Source: Candidatus Parcubacteria bacterium (GTDB lineage Bacteria; Patescibacteriota; Minisyncoccia; Minisyncoccales; JAGMDC01). Taken from it: a stretch of 64,000 nucleotides of DNA. Below the pieces are notes generated by a model. The model was given only the letters and a program-made list of their open reading frames with translations, made no database searches and was not told where the DNA came from. Both the position numbers and the translations under genes were made by a program. Below, one piece after another: positions 43,401 to 53,879 of this stretch. Numbering within the stretch: the stretch's first letter is position 1; the number at the start of each line of letters is the position of its first letter. The stretch is taken from assembly GCA_023131895.1 (NCBI GenBank), contig JAGLYZ010000004.1, positions 29,895 to 93,894 of the forward strand, read 5' to 3'.

Positions 43401-43618
43401 TGGAAGGATTTGGCGCTGCGCATACCCTGCAGGAGATGTTGACTATAAAATCAGATGATGTTATTGGCAGGGCGACTACTTATGAAGCAATTTTAAAAGG
43501 AGAAAAAATTAGAAATCCTAATATTCCTGCTTCTTTTAATCTATTAGTTTTAGAATTGAAATCATTAGGGCTTAACATAGAACAAAAAGAAAAACCACAG
43601 GAAGAAAATAAAAATTAA
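40421..43618 (+). CDS. rpoB: DNA-directed RNA polymerase subunit beta
   Basis: GTFIVNGVERVVISQL, NPLAELEHKRTLTATGPGGL, GRICPIQTPEGANIGL, NRALMGSNMQRQ, GNKGVISKV, GGQRFGEMEVWALE. Confidence 0.98.
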   Translation: MEEIKIKNFGKSKVNLPLFYLLNVQKENWQQFWDNDLKELFSEISPIKDHTGKELELWFSDYKLSKSKYKNDLEAKQNNDSYEVSLRVKTRLVNLKTKETKEQEVFLADFPLMSERGTFIVNGVERVVISQLIRSPGAFFTSKIVNSKNYFGAKIIPNRGAWLEFETESSGLIGIKIDRRRKVPATTLLRAFGLSEDEDIIKAFKDIDNGKIKYIEKTLAKDSAKNQTEAIVEVYQRLRPGDLASPDSAKELIENMFFNFDRYDLSKVGRWKTLERLPELKKEKNKQDIKIEDRVLHLEDIIAVIREIIRLNNDPEAQPDQIDHLGNRRVRTINELLQNRLRVGMMRMERIIKDRMSTLEISEMMPVQLINPKPFIAVVKEFFSSSQFSQFMDNENPLAELEHKRTLTATGPGGLTRERAGFDVRDVQPSHYGRICPIQTPEGANIGLVSHLASYARINPYGFLETPYYKVKKGKVTSELHYLTAYEEEKFNIAHAGVPIGENAMITSQVVEARILGLPGEIQRERIDFIDVSPQQSISIATSLIPFLQNNDANRALMGSNMQRQSVPLVKPEVPLVSTGIEEKIAKDSGQAVVTNEKGVVTEVDSDHIIVKEKNRTKKEYNLRTFIRTNQYTCLHQKPIVKKGQTVKAGDVLADGGSIDRGHLALGQNVLVAFMPWRGGNYEDAIIISEKLVKDDCYTSIHIESFTCDVRETKLGPEITTSDIPNVSLEKLKDLDEEGIIRTGADVAPNDILVGKISPKGEADLTPEERLLRAIFGEKAKEVKDSSLRMEHGKKGRVVGVKIFDREKGDKLEPGVIRRIQVEVAEIRKIGAGDKLSGRHGNKGVISKVLPEEEMPFLKDGTPIDVILNPLGVASRKNIGQILETHLGFAAKKLGYVAATPSLSGANEQDIKRELNSAGLSEDGKVELFDGRTGLAFPENITVGYSYLMKLIHMVEDKIHMRSIGPYSLITQQPLGGKAQFGGQRFGEMEVWALEGFGAAHTLQEMLTIKSDDVIGRATTYEAILKGEKIRNPNIPASFNLLVLELKSLGLNIEQKEKPQEENKN

Positions 43619-43629
43619 ACATTTTATCT

Positions 43630-46600
43630 ATGAGAGTTGCAGATCTTGAATCAATTATAATAAAACTTGCTTCGCCAGAAGATATTTTGAGCTGGTCGCA
43701 TGGCGAAGTAGTTAAACCGGAGACTATTAATTACCGGACACAAAGAGCTGAGAAAGACGGTCTTTTTTGCGAAAAGATTTTTGGTCCGCAAAAAGATTAC
43801 GAATGTTATTGCGGCAAGTATAAAAGAATTCGCTATAAAGGGGTGGTTTGTGATAAATGCGGGGTAGAAGTGACAAAATCGTCAGTTAGAAGAGAGAGAA
43901 TGGGGCATATAAGCTTAGCTTGCCCGGTTTCCCATATTTGGTTTTTAAGAGGAGTTCCTTCTAGAATAGGGGCAGTTTTAGATGTTCCTGTCCAGCAATT
44001 AGAAAAAGTAATTTATTTCGCTTCTTATATTATTACTGAAGTTGACGAGCAGGGCAAAAAGAAAATATTAGAAGAAATTGACAAGGAATACCAGCAAAAG
44101 TTAAAAGTGAAAAGTGAAAAGTTAAAAGTTGACAAAGAGGGATTGAAAGCGTCAAGAAACAAGGCGAGAGAGGAGGTTTTAGGGTTGAAACCATTGAAAA
44201 TTATCTCTGAACTTGATTATCATAGCTTTTCTTTGAAATACGGAGAGATTTTTAAGGCTGGCACTGGCGCGGAAACATTGAGAAAGATTTTTGAAAAGAT
44301 TGATTTAAAGAAAATGGTGAAAGAATTAGAGAAAGAATATAGAGCAGGAGCAAGCAGTTCTAATGAAGAAACGGATAATCCGAAAGAGAAAACAGAAAGT
44401 TCATTAGTTATACGGAGAAAATTTCTAAGGCGGTTAAGAATAATCCAAAAAATGGCGGAGGCGGATGTCCGTCCAGAGTGGATGTTGCTGACTACTATTC
44501 CTGTCTTGCCTCCTGATTTAAGGCCAATGGTTCAATTAGACGGAGGAAGATACGCTTCTTCTGATTTAAACGACCTTTACAGAAGAGTAATCAATAGAAA
44601 TAATCGGTTAAAATATCTTTTAGAAATTAACGCGCCGGAAGTTATTGTTAGGAACGAAAAAAGAATGCTCCAAGAAGCAGTAGACGCTTTGATAGATAAT
44701 ACTATGAGAAAAGGAACAATGACTCAAGCTACTACTGGCGGACAGCGGCTTTTGAAATCATTAGCTGATATGCTTAAAGGAAAGCAGGGCAGATTTAGGC
44801 AGAATCTTTTAGGTAAGAGAGTGGATTATTCCGGCCGGTCAGTGATTGTAGTTGGAGCTGATTTAAAGCTTAATCAATGCGGTCTTCCTAAAAAAATGGC
44901 TTTAGAGCTTTTTAAACCATTTGTTATCAAAGGTATCTTAGACAAGGAATTGGCTTACAATGTGAGAGGCGCTACACGGCTTATTGAAGATGAAATAGAT
45001 GATATTTGGGCTATTTTAGAGGATGTTGTTAAGGGCAAGTTGGTTTTGTTAAACAGGGCGCCTACTCTGCACCGTTTAGGCGTTCAGGCGTTTCAGCCAA
45101 TTCTTATTGAAGGAGATGCAATTAGAGTTCATCCTTTAGTTTGTTCTGCCTTTAACGCTGATTTTGACGGTGATCAAATGGCTGTTCATCTGCCGCTTTC
45201 AGATGAAGCTCAAAAAGAAGCAAAACAGTTAATGCTTTCCACTGTTAATTTATTAAAGCCAGCCACTGGGACTGCGGTTGTCAGTCCAAGCAAGGATATT
45301 GTTTTAGGATGTTACTGGATTACTAGAATAAAAGAAGGCGTTTTAGGCGAGGGTAAAATATTTGGTTCAAAGAATGAAGCAATTTTGGCTAAGGATACAG
45401 GATTAGTGGACTTAAGGGCAAAGATTAAAGTGAGATTCAAAGAAGGAAAAATAGTTGAAACATCAGTAGGAAGAATTCTTTTTAATATAACACTTCCTAA
45501 CAGTTATTCTTTTGTTAATGAGCAAATAAAATCAAAGAAATTGGAAAAAATAGTAAATGAAGTTATTGAAGATTACGATAATGAAGTTGCTTGGCATTGT
45601 CTTGATAAAATCAAGGATTTAGGTTTTGAGTACTCAACTTTATCTGGTATTACTTGGGGGATGGATGATTTAGTTGTTCCAAAAGAAAAGCCAAGGCTAA
45701 TGGAACAAGCGGAAAGAGATGTTGAGGCAATATATAAAAATTATAAAAAAGGATTGTTATCTAAGGAAGAAAAAATATCTAAGACCATTGAGGTTTGGCA
45801 GAAAATTAAATCTCAAATAGAAAAGTTGGTTCCAGATGCCTTGCCTCCTTTAGGTTCGGTTTTCTCTATTGTTGATTCTGGAGCAAGAGGTTCCTGGGCA
45901 CAGCCGGTTCAAATGTCTGGCATGATAGGATTGGTTATTAATCCAGTTGGTCAAATTATTGAATTACCGGTAAAGGGTTCTTATAAGGAAGGACTTAATG
46001 CTTTAGAGTATTTTATTTCTACCCATGGAGCAAGAAAAGGAACTACAGATACTGCTTTACGGACTTCTACTGCTGGTTATCTCACAAGGAGATTAATTGA
46101 TGTGGCGCATGAAATGATTATTACAGAGGAAGATTGCAAGGATAAGACCGGAATTATGGTTTATAAAAAAGACGCTGATGATTCTAGCCAGGATTTCTAT
46201 TTCAAACTTGTAAGCAAAGTAGCCCTGGAAGATGTTAAGAGTAAAAACAAAATTCTTGTGAAAACAGGAGAAATTATTAACCAGGAACAAGCAAGGGCGA
46301 TTGTTGATGCTGACATTCAAGAGTTGAGAGTCCGTTCTCCAATGAGTTGTAATACTAAAAGAGGAATATGCAGGAAATGTTATGGTTGGGAGCTTGGTTC
46401 AAATAAGTTGGTTCAATTAGGTATGGCAGTTGGCATTGTAGCTGCGCAAGCCATTGGAGAACCAGGAACACAGCTTACTTTGAGAACTTTCCATACAGGC
46501 GGAGTAGCAAGCGCTGGTGATATCACTCAAGGTTTGCCAAGAGTAGAAGAAATTTTTGAATGCAGGATTCCGTCAGGAAAAGCAATAATCTCTTCAGTAG

Positions 46601-47226
46601 ATGGGACAATAGAAGCAATTAAAGATGGAGTAATAAAAGTAAAAAGTAAAAATGAAAAAGTAAAAACAAAGAAGAAAGAGATTGTTGAATTTCAAGTTCC
46701 TGAAAAAAGAGCATACTGGGTAAAGGCTGGAGAAGAGATTAAAAAGGGCCAGCAGTTTTGCGAAGGGAATTTAGATTTAAAAGAATTATTTAAATTAATT
46801 GGAACAGAAGAAACCCAACGTTATATTGTGAAAGAAATCCAAAACATTTATGCTTCTCAAGGAGCGGTTATTCATGATAAGCATATTGAGGTAATTGTTC
46901 GCCAGATGTTTTCTAGGGTAAAAATTAAGGACGCGGGAGACAGTTTCTTATTTAAAGGAGAAATTTTAGAGCAGGCAAAGATAACTGAAGAAAATGCCCG
47001 GCTTAAAAAAGAAGGAAAAAAACTAATTAAGACAGAGCAAACCCTATTAGGAATTTCAAAGGTATCTTTGACAACAGATAGTTTCTTGTCTGCCGCTTCT
47101 TTCCAGGAGACATCACGGATTTTGATTAAGGCATCTTTAGAAGGAAAAGAAGATAAATTAAGAGGATTGAAAGAAAATGTCATTATCGGCAAACTCATCC
47201 CAGCCGGCACCGGTTTCAAAAAGTAA
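43630..47226 (+). CDS. rpoC: DNA-directed RNA polymerase subunit beta'
   Basis: Zn finger CYCGKYKR...CDKCG, RFRQNLLGKRVDYSGRSVIVVG, catalytic NADFDGDQMAVH, GEPGTQLTLRTFHTGG. Confidence 0.98.
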   Translation: MRVADLESIIIKLASPEDILSWSHGEVVKPETINYRTQRAEKDGLFCEKIFGPQKDYECYCGKYKRIRYKGVVCDKCGVEVTKSSVRRERMGHISLACPVSHIWFLRGVPSRIGAVLDVPVQQLEKVIYFASYIITEVDEQGKKKILEEIDKEYQQKLKVKSEKLKVDKEGLKASRNKAREEVLGLKPLKIISELDYHSFSLKYGEIFKAGTGAETLRKIFEKIDLKKMVKELEKEYRAGASSSNEETDNPKEKTESSLVIRRKFLRRLRIIQKMAEADVRPEWMLLTTIPVLPPDLRPMVQLDGGRYASSDLNDLYRRVINRNNRLKYLLEINAPEVIVRNEKRMLQEAVDALIDNTMRKGTMTQATTGGQRLLKSLADMLKGKQGRFRQNLLGKRVDYSGRSVIVVGADLKLNQCGLPKKMALELFKPFVIKGILDKELAYNVRGATRLIEDEIDDIWAILEDVVKGKLVLLNRAPTLHRLGVQAFQPILIEGDAIRVHPLVCSAFNADFDGDQMAVHLPLSDEAQKEAKQLMLSTVNLLKPATGTAVVSPSKDIVLGCYWITRIKEGVLGEGKIFGSKNEAILAKDTGLVDLRAKIKVRFKEGKIVETSVGRILFNITLPNSYSFVNEQIKSKKLEKIVNEVIEDYDNEVAWHCLDKIKDLGFEYSTLSGITWGMDDLVVPKEKPRLMEQAERDVEAIYKNYKKGLLSKEEKISKTIEVWQKIKSQIEKLVPDALPPLGSVFSIVDSGARGSWAQPVQMSGMIGLVINPVGQIIELPVKGSYKEGLNALEYFISTHGARKGTTDTALRTSTAGYLTRRLIDVAHEMIITEEDCKDKTGIMVYKKDADDSSQDFYFKLVSKVALEDVKSKNKILVKTGEIINQEQARAIVDADIQELRVRSPMSCNTKRGICRKCYGWELGSNKLVQLGMAVGIVAAQAIGEPGTQLTLRTFHTGGVASAGDITQGLPRVEEIFECRIPSGKAIISSVDGTIEAIKDGVIKVKSKNEKVKTKKKEIVEFQVPEKRAYWVKAGEEIKKGQQFCEGNLDLKELFKLIGTEETQRYIVKEIQNIYASQGAVIHDKHIEVIVRQMFSRVKIKDAGDSFLFKGEILEQAKITEENARLKKEGKKLIKTEQTLLGISKVSLTTDSFLSAASFQETSRILIKASLEGKEDKLRGLKENVIIGKLIPAGTGFKK

Positions 47227-47323
47227 CTGTTTAGTACTACTTTGTTATGGATTTTATTCTTGATAAAAACGGCTATAGATCTGGCTGTTTTTTTGTAGAA
47301 ATCGGGTTTTTGTGATAGAATAA

Positions 47324-47403
47324 AACATATAAACATACTAACATATAAACATACTAACATATAAACGAATGCTTAAATGTTAAAATGTTTGAATGTTTAG
47401 ATG
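47324..47403 (+). repeat. Phased 8-nt repeat array (5 x AACATNNN then 5 x NNNNNATG) ending in the ftsK start codon
   Basis: Ten octamers in a single register. ATGs at 47369, 47377, 47385, 47393 and 47401, the last being the ftsK start. Confidence 0.85.
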
Positions 47404-49620
47404 ATATTGGTGGCTAAGAAAAAGAAAAACAAGAAGAATAAAAAAAATATAACCAGAAAAAAAGAGAGAAAACCTCTTTTTCACCTTGATTTGTTAGAAG
47501 ACACAAAGAGAAAAATTTATGGCGTCTTAATGTTTTTAGGCGCAATTATTATTTCTCTTTCTTTTTTTAACTTATTTGGCAGAGCTGGCCAGATTTTTAT
47601 GGATTTTTCTGACTCGTTGATTGGAAAGGCGCTTTTTATTCTGCCTTTGCTTTTTATTTTAGGAGGAGTAGTTTTCTTTAGCCAGAAATATGAGCCAGAA
47701 ATAAAAAAGAATAAATTAGCTATATTTTTTGGAATTATTGTTTTGGTCTTAGGCGTATCTGGAATTTTAGGCATTACAAGCATAGATGAAGAAATAAAGC
47801 AGGGCGGATGGCTTGGTTATTTAATATCTTTTCCTTTAATCAAGGCATTTGGGACTTTGGGCGCTAGTATTGTGTTTATAACAGTAATTATTATCGGCGG
47901 CTTAATTCTTTGGCAGATTAGCCCAAAGCCGTTGAAAAAAGAAGAACCCGCCTTTGCTAAAGCTCCGGCGGGCAAGGAAAAGCCTTCATTCGCGCCCACC
48001 TTTGCTAAAGCTACGGTGAGTGAAAAAGAAAAACCGATAATTAGCGATATTTTAAAGAAAAAAGAAATTAAACTTGAATCTGCGATAGAGAAAGAAAAAG
48101 AGGAGACATCGTCCATTTTTAAATTAAAAACAAAACCGCTTACTATTTTTTCAGGAGAGGACTATCAGCCGTTGCCATTGGATTTGCTGGCAAAAGATCA
48201 GGGCTCTCCTACTTCTGGAGATACTAAAATAAATGCAGCTATAATTCAGAGAACTCTTCAAAATTTTGATATTCCAGTAGAAATGGCGGAAGTAAATATT
48301 GGACCAACAGTTACACAGTATACTTTTAAGCCCGCAGAAGGAGTAAAACTCTCAAAAATTACTTCTTTGAATAATGATTTATCATTAGCTTTAGCCGCTC
48401 ATCCTATTAGGATTGAAGCCCCTGTTCCTGGCAGGTCATTAGTAGGAGTTGAAATACCTAACAAAGGCAGAGCCAGGGTTGGCTTAAGAAACCTATTAGA
48501 GCAGCCGGAATTCCAGAATTCTCCTTCTAAACTTACTTTTCCTTTAGGAAGAGATGTAGCCGGCAATCCTGTTTTTGGCGATTTAAGCAAAATGCCGCAT
48601 CTTTTAGTGGCTGGAAGCACTGGCAGTGGGAAAACCATTTGTCTTAATAATATTATTGCAAGCTTGCTTTATAGAAATTCTTCAGAGAGTTTAAGATTTA
48701 TTTTAGTTGATCCCAAAAGAGTAGAATTTTCTATTTACAATGGTTTGCCGCATTTACTGTCTTCAGTGATCCTAACCCCGCAGAAAACAATCAATGTTTT
48801 AAAATGGTTGATTACAGAAATGGAAAGAAGATTTGACGTGCTATCTGAAGCCAAGACAAAAAATATAGCCGGCTATAATGAGATTGCAGCTGGAACTCAG
48901 AAAATAAATGGAGAAGCATTAGAGCCATTGCCTTATATTGTTTTGATTATTGATGAATTAGCTGATGTTATGGCTGCTCGCGGCAGAGAGGTTGAGGCAG
49001 GTATTGTCCGCTTGGCGCAGATGTCTCGCGCAGTAGGAATTCATTTAATTCTAGCTACTCAAAGGCCTTCAGTAGAAGTAATTACAGGACTTATCAAAGC
49101 AAATATTACAAGCAGAATCGCTTTTCAGGTTGCTTCTCAGATTGATTCTCGAACTATTTTAGATATGGCTGGCGCAGAAAAGCTTTTAGGTTTGGGAGAT
49201 ATGCTGTTTATTTCTGCAGAAGTTGCGAAACCGAAAAGAATCCAATGCGCTTATGTTTCAGAAAAAGAGATGAAGAATGTAACTAATTGGCTGAAAAAAT
49301 CAGAAGTTCCGTCAAAAGAAATTTCAGAGGAAAAAGAAAAAATAGATAAAGAAATCTCAAATTCAGTCAGTTCCATAGAAGAAGCATTGGAAAAAGAAGA
49401 GAGTTTTTATGATGAAGATCCGCTTTACGAGGAAGCGAAAAGAATCATCATTGAATCAAAAAAAGCGTCTGCTTCTCTGCTGCAAAGAAGATTGCGGCTT
49501 GGATATGCCCGGGCTGCCCGTTTGATAGATACATTAGAGGAAAGAGGAATAGTTGGTCCGTCAGACGGAGCAAAACCAAGAGAAGTTTATATTATTGAAG
49601 AAAACGAAGAAAAGATATAG
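47401..49620 (+). CDS. ftsK: DNA translocase FtsK/SpoIIIE
   Basis: N-terminal TM helices, low-complexity linker, motor domain with Walker A GSTGSGKT, Walker B IVLIIDELAD, C-terminal gamma winged-helix (LLQRRLRLGYARAARLID). Confidence 0.93.
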   Translation: MILVAKKKKNKKNKKNITRKKERKPLFHLDLLEDTKRKIYGVLMFLGAIIISLSFFNLFGRAGQIFMDFSDSLIGKALFILPLLFILGGVVFFSQKYEPEIKKNKLAIFFGIIVLVLGVSGILGITSIDEEIKQGGWLGYLISFPLIKAFGTLGASIVFITVIIIGGLILWQISPKPLKKEEPAFAKAPAGKEKPSFAPTFAKATVSEKEKPIISDILKKKEIKLESAIEKEKEETSSIFKLKTKPLTIFSGEDYQPLPLDLLAKDQGSPTSGDTKINAAIIQRTLQNFDIPVEMAEVNIGPTVTQYTFKPAEGVKLSKITSLNNDLSLALAAHPIRIEAPVPGRSLVGVEIPNKGRARVGLRNLLEQPEFQNSPSKLTFPLGRDVAGNPVFGDLSKMPHLLVAGSTGSGKTICLNNIIASLLYRNSSESLRFILVDPKRVEFSIYNGLPHLLSSVILTPQKTINVLKWLITEMERRFDVLSEAKTKNIAGYNEIAAGTQKINGEALEPLPYIVLIIDELADVMAARGREVEAGIVRLAQMSRAVGIHLILATQRPSVEVITGLIKANITSRIAFQVASQIDSRTILDMAGAEKLLGLGDMLFISAEVAKPKRIQCAYVSEKEMKNVTNWLKKSEVPSKEISEEKEKIDKEISNSVSSIEEALEKEESFYDEDPLYEEAKRIIIESKKASASLLQRRLRLGYARAARLIDTLEERGIVGPSDGAKPREVYIIEENEEKI

Positions 49621-49631
49621 AATAAAAGAAT

Positions 49632-50624
49632 ATGAAGAAAAAAGAAGAAAAAAAACCAAATACTGATTTAACTGAAGCAGTTGATGAGATTAAACAGCGC
49701 TTTGGCGAGGGTGCTATTATGAAATTAAAAGATGTGCAGGCAGTAGATGTAGATGTTATCCCTACTGGTTCAATTTCTGTAGATATGGCTTTAGGTGTAG
49801 GCGGTGTTCCGCGAGGAAGAGTAATTGAAATTTATGGCGGTGAGGCAACTGGGAAAACCACTTTGGCGTTGCATATTTTAGCTGAAGCTCAAAAAAAAGG
49901 AGGGATAGGCGCTTTTATTGATGCTGAACATGCTATGGATCCTGATTATGCTAAAAAAATTGGTGTAAATATTGATGAACTTTTAATTTCCCAGCCTGAT
50001 TCTGGAGAGCAGGCGCTTCAAATTGTAGAAACATTAGTGAGATCAGGAACTGTTGATGTGATTGTTATTGATTCAGTTGCCGCTTTAACTCCCAAAACAG
50101 AAATTGCTGGTGAAATGGGTGAGTTTCAGATTGGTCTTCAAGCCCGTCTGATGTCGCAAGCGCTTCGAAAGTTGTCAGGGATTATTTCCAAAACAAAAAC
50201 TGTTGTTATTTTCTTAAACCAGACCAGAATGAAAATCGGTATCAGCTGGGGCAACCCAGAAACCACGCCGGGCGGTTTGGCTTTGAAGTTTTATTCTTCT
50301 GTAAGAATAAACTTAAAAAGAATTGCCCAGATAAAACAAAAAGATGAAATTGTCGGCTCTCGAATTAGAGCGAAAATAGTTAAAAATAAAGTAGCCGCTC
50401 CATTTAAAACAGTTGAATTTGACATTTATTATGCTGAAGGAATTTCCAGGGCATCAGATTTAATAAACGCTGGCTTAAAAGAAGAAATTATTAAGAAAAG
50501 CGGAAATACTTATAGTTTTGAGAATACTAAACTTGGCGTAGGCACAGAAGCAGTTAGAAATTTTTTAAAGGAAAATTCAGATGTAGCCTCAAAAATAGAA
50601 AAAGCAATTATTAAAAATCAATAA
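49632..50624 (+). CDS. recA: Recombinase RecA
   Basis: [56 protein letters not shown]. Confidence 0.98.
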   Translation: MKKKEEKKPNTDLTEAVDEIKQRFGEGAIMKLKDVQAVDVDVIPTGSISVDMALGVGGVPRGRVIEIYGGEATGKTTLALHILAEAQKKGGIGAFIDAEHAMDPDYAKKIGVNIDELLISQPDSGEQALQIVETLVRSGTVDVIVIDSVAALTPKTEIAGEMGEFQIGLQARLMSQALRKLSGIISKTKTVVIFLNQTRMKIGISWGNPETTPGGLALKFYSSVRINLKRIAQIKQKDEIVGSRIRAKIVKNKVAAPFKTVEFDIYYAEGISRASDLINAGLKEEIIKKSGNTYSFENTKLGVGTEAVRNFLKENSDVASKIEKAIIKNQ

Positions 50625-50671
50625 AAAGGTCGGAGCAACATTATTTATATTCTAATCTATATTCTATTTCT

Positions 50672-50767
50672 ATGAACTTAAATAAAACAATATCTACAAG
50701 ATCAGGGTCTGTAATTATTATTTTAGTTTTTCTTATTGCTGTTAGCGTGATTTTATCTTACCAATAA
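50672..50767 (+). CDS. Possible 31-aa membrane peptide (below the ORF-track cutoff)
   Basis: ATG...TAA ORF encoding MNLNKTISTRSGSVIIILVFLIAVSVILSYQ, followed directly by a terminator. No other support. Confidence 0.25.
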   Translation: MNLNKTISTRSGSVIIILVFLIAVSVILSYQ

Positions 50768-50770
50768 ACT

Positions 50771-50803
50771 AAAAAAACTGCGGCTAAGCCGCAGTTTTTT
50801 TTG
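50771..50803. terminator. Bidirectional terminator (recA side / rpsR side)
   Basis: A-run, CTGCGG-CTAAG-CCGCAG, T-run between convergent genes. Confidence 0.7.
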
Positions 50804-50819
50804 CGTGGCGATATAACAA

Positions 50820-51017
50820 TTATTTTTCAGTAGCAGATAATAATCCCAAATGGCGGGCTCTTTTGACTGCTCGTGATAGTTTTCTTTGATGCATGGCGCA
50901 AAGCCCTGTTTTTTTTCGAGGTCTTATTTTGCCCAAACCAGAAATAAACCTACGGAGAATTTCTGTCTCCTTAAAATCTATTTCTTTCCTGTTTTTTTTA
51001 CAAAAATAACAATCCAT
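50820..51017 (-). CDS. rpsR: 30S ribosomal protein S18
   Basis: CYFC...IDFK....LRRFIS..GKI.PR..TG.C..HQRKL..A+KRAR. Confidence 0.9.
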   Translation of the reverse strand: MDCYFCKKNRKEIDFKETEILRRFISGLGKIRPRKKTGLCAMHQRKLSRAVKRARHLGLLSATEK

Positions 51018-51020
51018 GTT

Positions 51021-51952
<932 letters not shown>

Positions 51953-51990
51953 AGTTATAAAACAGGCATATCATATCATTCCAGAGCGAA

Positions 51991-53682
51991 TTAGTCAACT
52001 TCTATAATGACAGGGAGAACCATAGGACGTCTTTGAGTTTTGTGGAATAAAAATTTACCGATTTTATTTCTAACTTCTTCTTTAATGTTGGTCCAGTTGA
52101 TTGTTTTTTCCGAAGCAATAGCTTTGTTTATAATGCCTATGACCTGCTTTCTGGTCGCAGCGAGCAATGGTTTTGATTCCCTTAAATAAACAAAGCCTCT
52201 TGATATAATATCTGGAGAACCTTTAACTTTTCCGGTCTTTTTATCAACTATTGCCACAATAACAAACATTCCGTCTTCAGCTAAAACCCGCCTGTCTCTC
52301 AAAACAATTTCACCTACGTCGCCTACGCCTAAACCGTCAACCATTATGTAATTTGACGGAACAGTTTTTTTCTCAATATAAATTTTTTCCCTGCTTAGGT
52401 TAATTATTTGGCCGTTTTCAGCTATAACTATGTTTTTCTCTGGAATACCCAAAGAATAAGCAATTTGAGCATGATTAACCAGCATTGAGTATTGTCCGTG
52501 GATAGGCATAAAAAACTTTGGCCTCATAATTTCAATCATTTCTTTTAATTCTTCCTGCTGGGCATGGCCTCCTGCATGAATATCCATCATTTTATAATGA
52601 AAGACCTTTACTCCTTGCCTTAGAATATTGTCTTTAATAAATTGAACTGTTCTCTCATTTCCAGGTATAACCGAAGATGAAAGGATTACTGAATCTCCTT
52701 TTTTAAATCTTAAAAATTGATAGTCATTATTGCTTATTCTTGTTAACATTGAGGATTCTTCGCCTTGGGCGCCGGTACAAAGAAAAGTTATTTGAGAATC
52801 ATGCAGGTTTTTCATTTCTTTTGCAGATATAAGAGTTCCTTTTTTTGCTTTAATATATCCTAATATTTTACAAATTTCTACATTAGTTTTCATTGAATAT
52901 CCTTCTACGACCACTTTTCTATTGTATTTTTCTGACAAAGTAATTATTTGCTGGATTCTGTTGATTAAAGACGCAAAAGTAGCAACAATAATTCTTCCTT
53001 TGACCTTAATAAAGATTTTTTCTAAGTTCCTTTGGATGTCTTGCTCTGAAAGAGAATGGTTTTCTTCTTCAGATCCAGTTGAATCAGACATTAATAATAA
53101 AATTTTTCTTTGAGAGAGTTCTTTTAGTTTTCTAAAATCAGTAGGCAGCTCATTTACTGGCGCATTATCAAATTTAAAATCAGAAGTATGCAAGATATTT
53201 CCTACTGGGGTTTGAATAAATAATCCTAAGTTGTCTGGAATATTATGGTTCATTCTAAAAAATTCAATTTTAAAAACACCAAGACTTATTCTTGAACCGT
53301 TTTTTACTTCTTGTATATTTAATCTTGGCTGGCTTGGAAAATCATCCTGTCTTTTTAAAATAATTCCTTTGGTTAAAGCAGAGGCAAACATTGGCGGATT
53401 TCCGATTTTTTCAATAAAATATGGGATAGCGCCAATATGGTCATAATGACCATGAGTGAAGACAACTCCTAAGATATTTTTTTCTTTGCCCTTGAGATAG
53501 CCAATGTTGGGAATAATATAATCAATGCCGTGCATATCTTCTTCCGGCATTCTAAAACCCATATCAATAATCAAAATCTGGTCATTGTATTCCATGACCA
53601 TCATATTTCTTCCAACTTCGCCAAGTCCCCCTAAGGGGATAATGCGAAGATTGTTATATTTTTGTTGTTGAGAATTATACAT
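51991..53682 (-). CDS. rnj: Ribonuclease J (beta-CASP metallo-beta-lactamase RNase)
   Basis: GGLGEVGRNM, THGHYDHIG, beta-CASP region, HGQY..L..HA, C-terminal domain. Confidence 0.9.
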   Translation of the reverse strand: MYNSQQQKYNNLRIIPLGGLGEVGRNMMVMEYNDQILIIDMGFRMPEEDMHGIDYIIPNIGYLKGKEKNILGVVFTHGHYDHIGAIPYFIEKIGNPPMFASALTKGIILKRQDDFPSQPRLNIQEVKNGSRISLGVFKIEFFRMNHNIPDNLGLFIQTPVGNILHTSDFKFDNAPVNELPTDFRKLKELSQRKILLLMSDSTGSEEENHSLSEQDIQRNLEKIFIKVKGRIIVATFASLINRIQQIITLSEKYNRKVVVEGYSMKTNVEICKILGYIKAKKGTLISAKEMKNLHDSQITFLCTGAQGEESSMLTRISNNDYQFLRFKKGDSVILSSSVIPGNERTVQFIKDNILRQGVKVFHYKMMDIHAGGHAQQEELKEMIEIMRPKFFMPIHGQYSMLVNHAQIAYSLGIPEKNIVIAENGQIINLSREKIYIEKKTVPSNYIMVDGLGVGDVGEIVLRDRRVLAEDGMFVIVAIVDKKTGKVKGSPDIISRGFVYLRESKPLLAATRKQVIGIINKAIASEKTINWTNIKEEVRNKIGKFLFHKTQRRPMVLPVIIEVD

Positions 53683-53703
53683 ACTTAAAATTTAGTTTGT
53701 TAG

Positions 53704-53786
53704 TGCGGGCGAGAGGATTTGCACCTCTACAACCTTTCGGATACAACGTTCTGAACGTTGCGCGTCTTCTGTTCCGCCACGCCCGC
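53704..53786 (-). tRNA. tRNA-Leu (anticodon CAG) with non-canonical D- and T-loops
   Basis: Acceptor GCGGGCG/CGCCCGC, anticodon stem CAACG/CGTTG with loop TTCAGAA, long variable region, T-arm AGAGG-TGCAAAT-CCTCT. D-loop GAACAGAAGA lacks GG. Confidence 0.7.
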
Positions 53787-53879
53787 CAATTGACTTTTTT
53801 TATTTTAATGTTAAACTATTATTAGTTCCCGATAAGGAAACAATCTTGTCGGCGTAAAAGTGAATATAGGAGGTATCAA

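Noticed and set aside
44095-44130. AAAGT(T/G)AAAAG repeats in rpoC (also at 46640-46670) as inserted mobile repeats
   Set aside because: They encode Lys-rich low-complexity loops (KLKVKSEKLKVDKE, KVKSKNEKVKTKKK) in regions where beta' commonly carries lineage-specific insertions. No palindrome or terminal repeats are visible.
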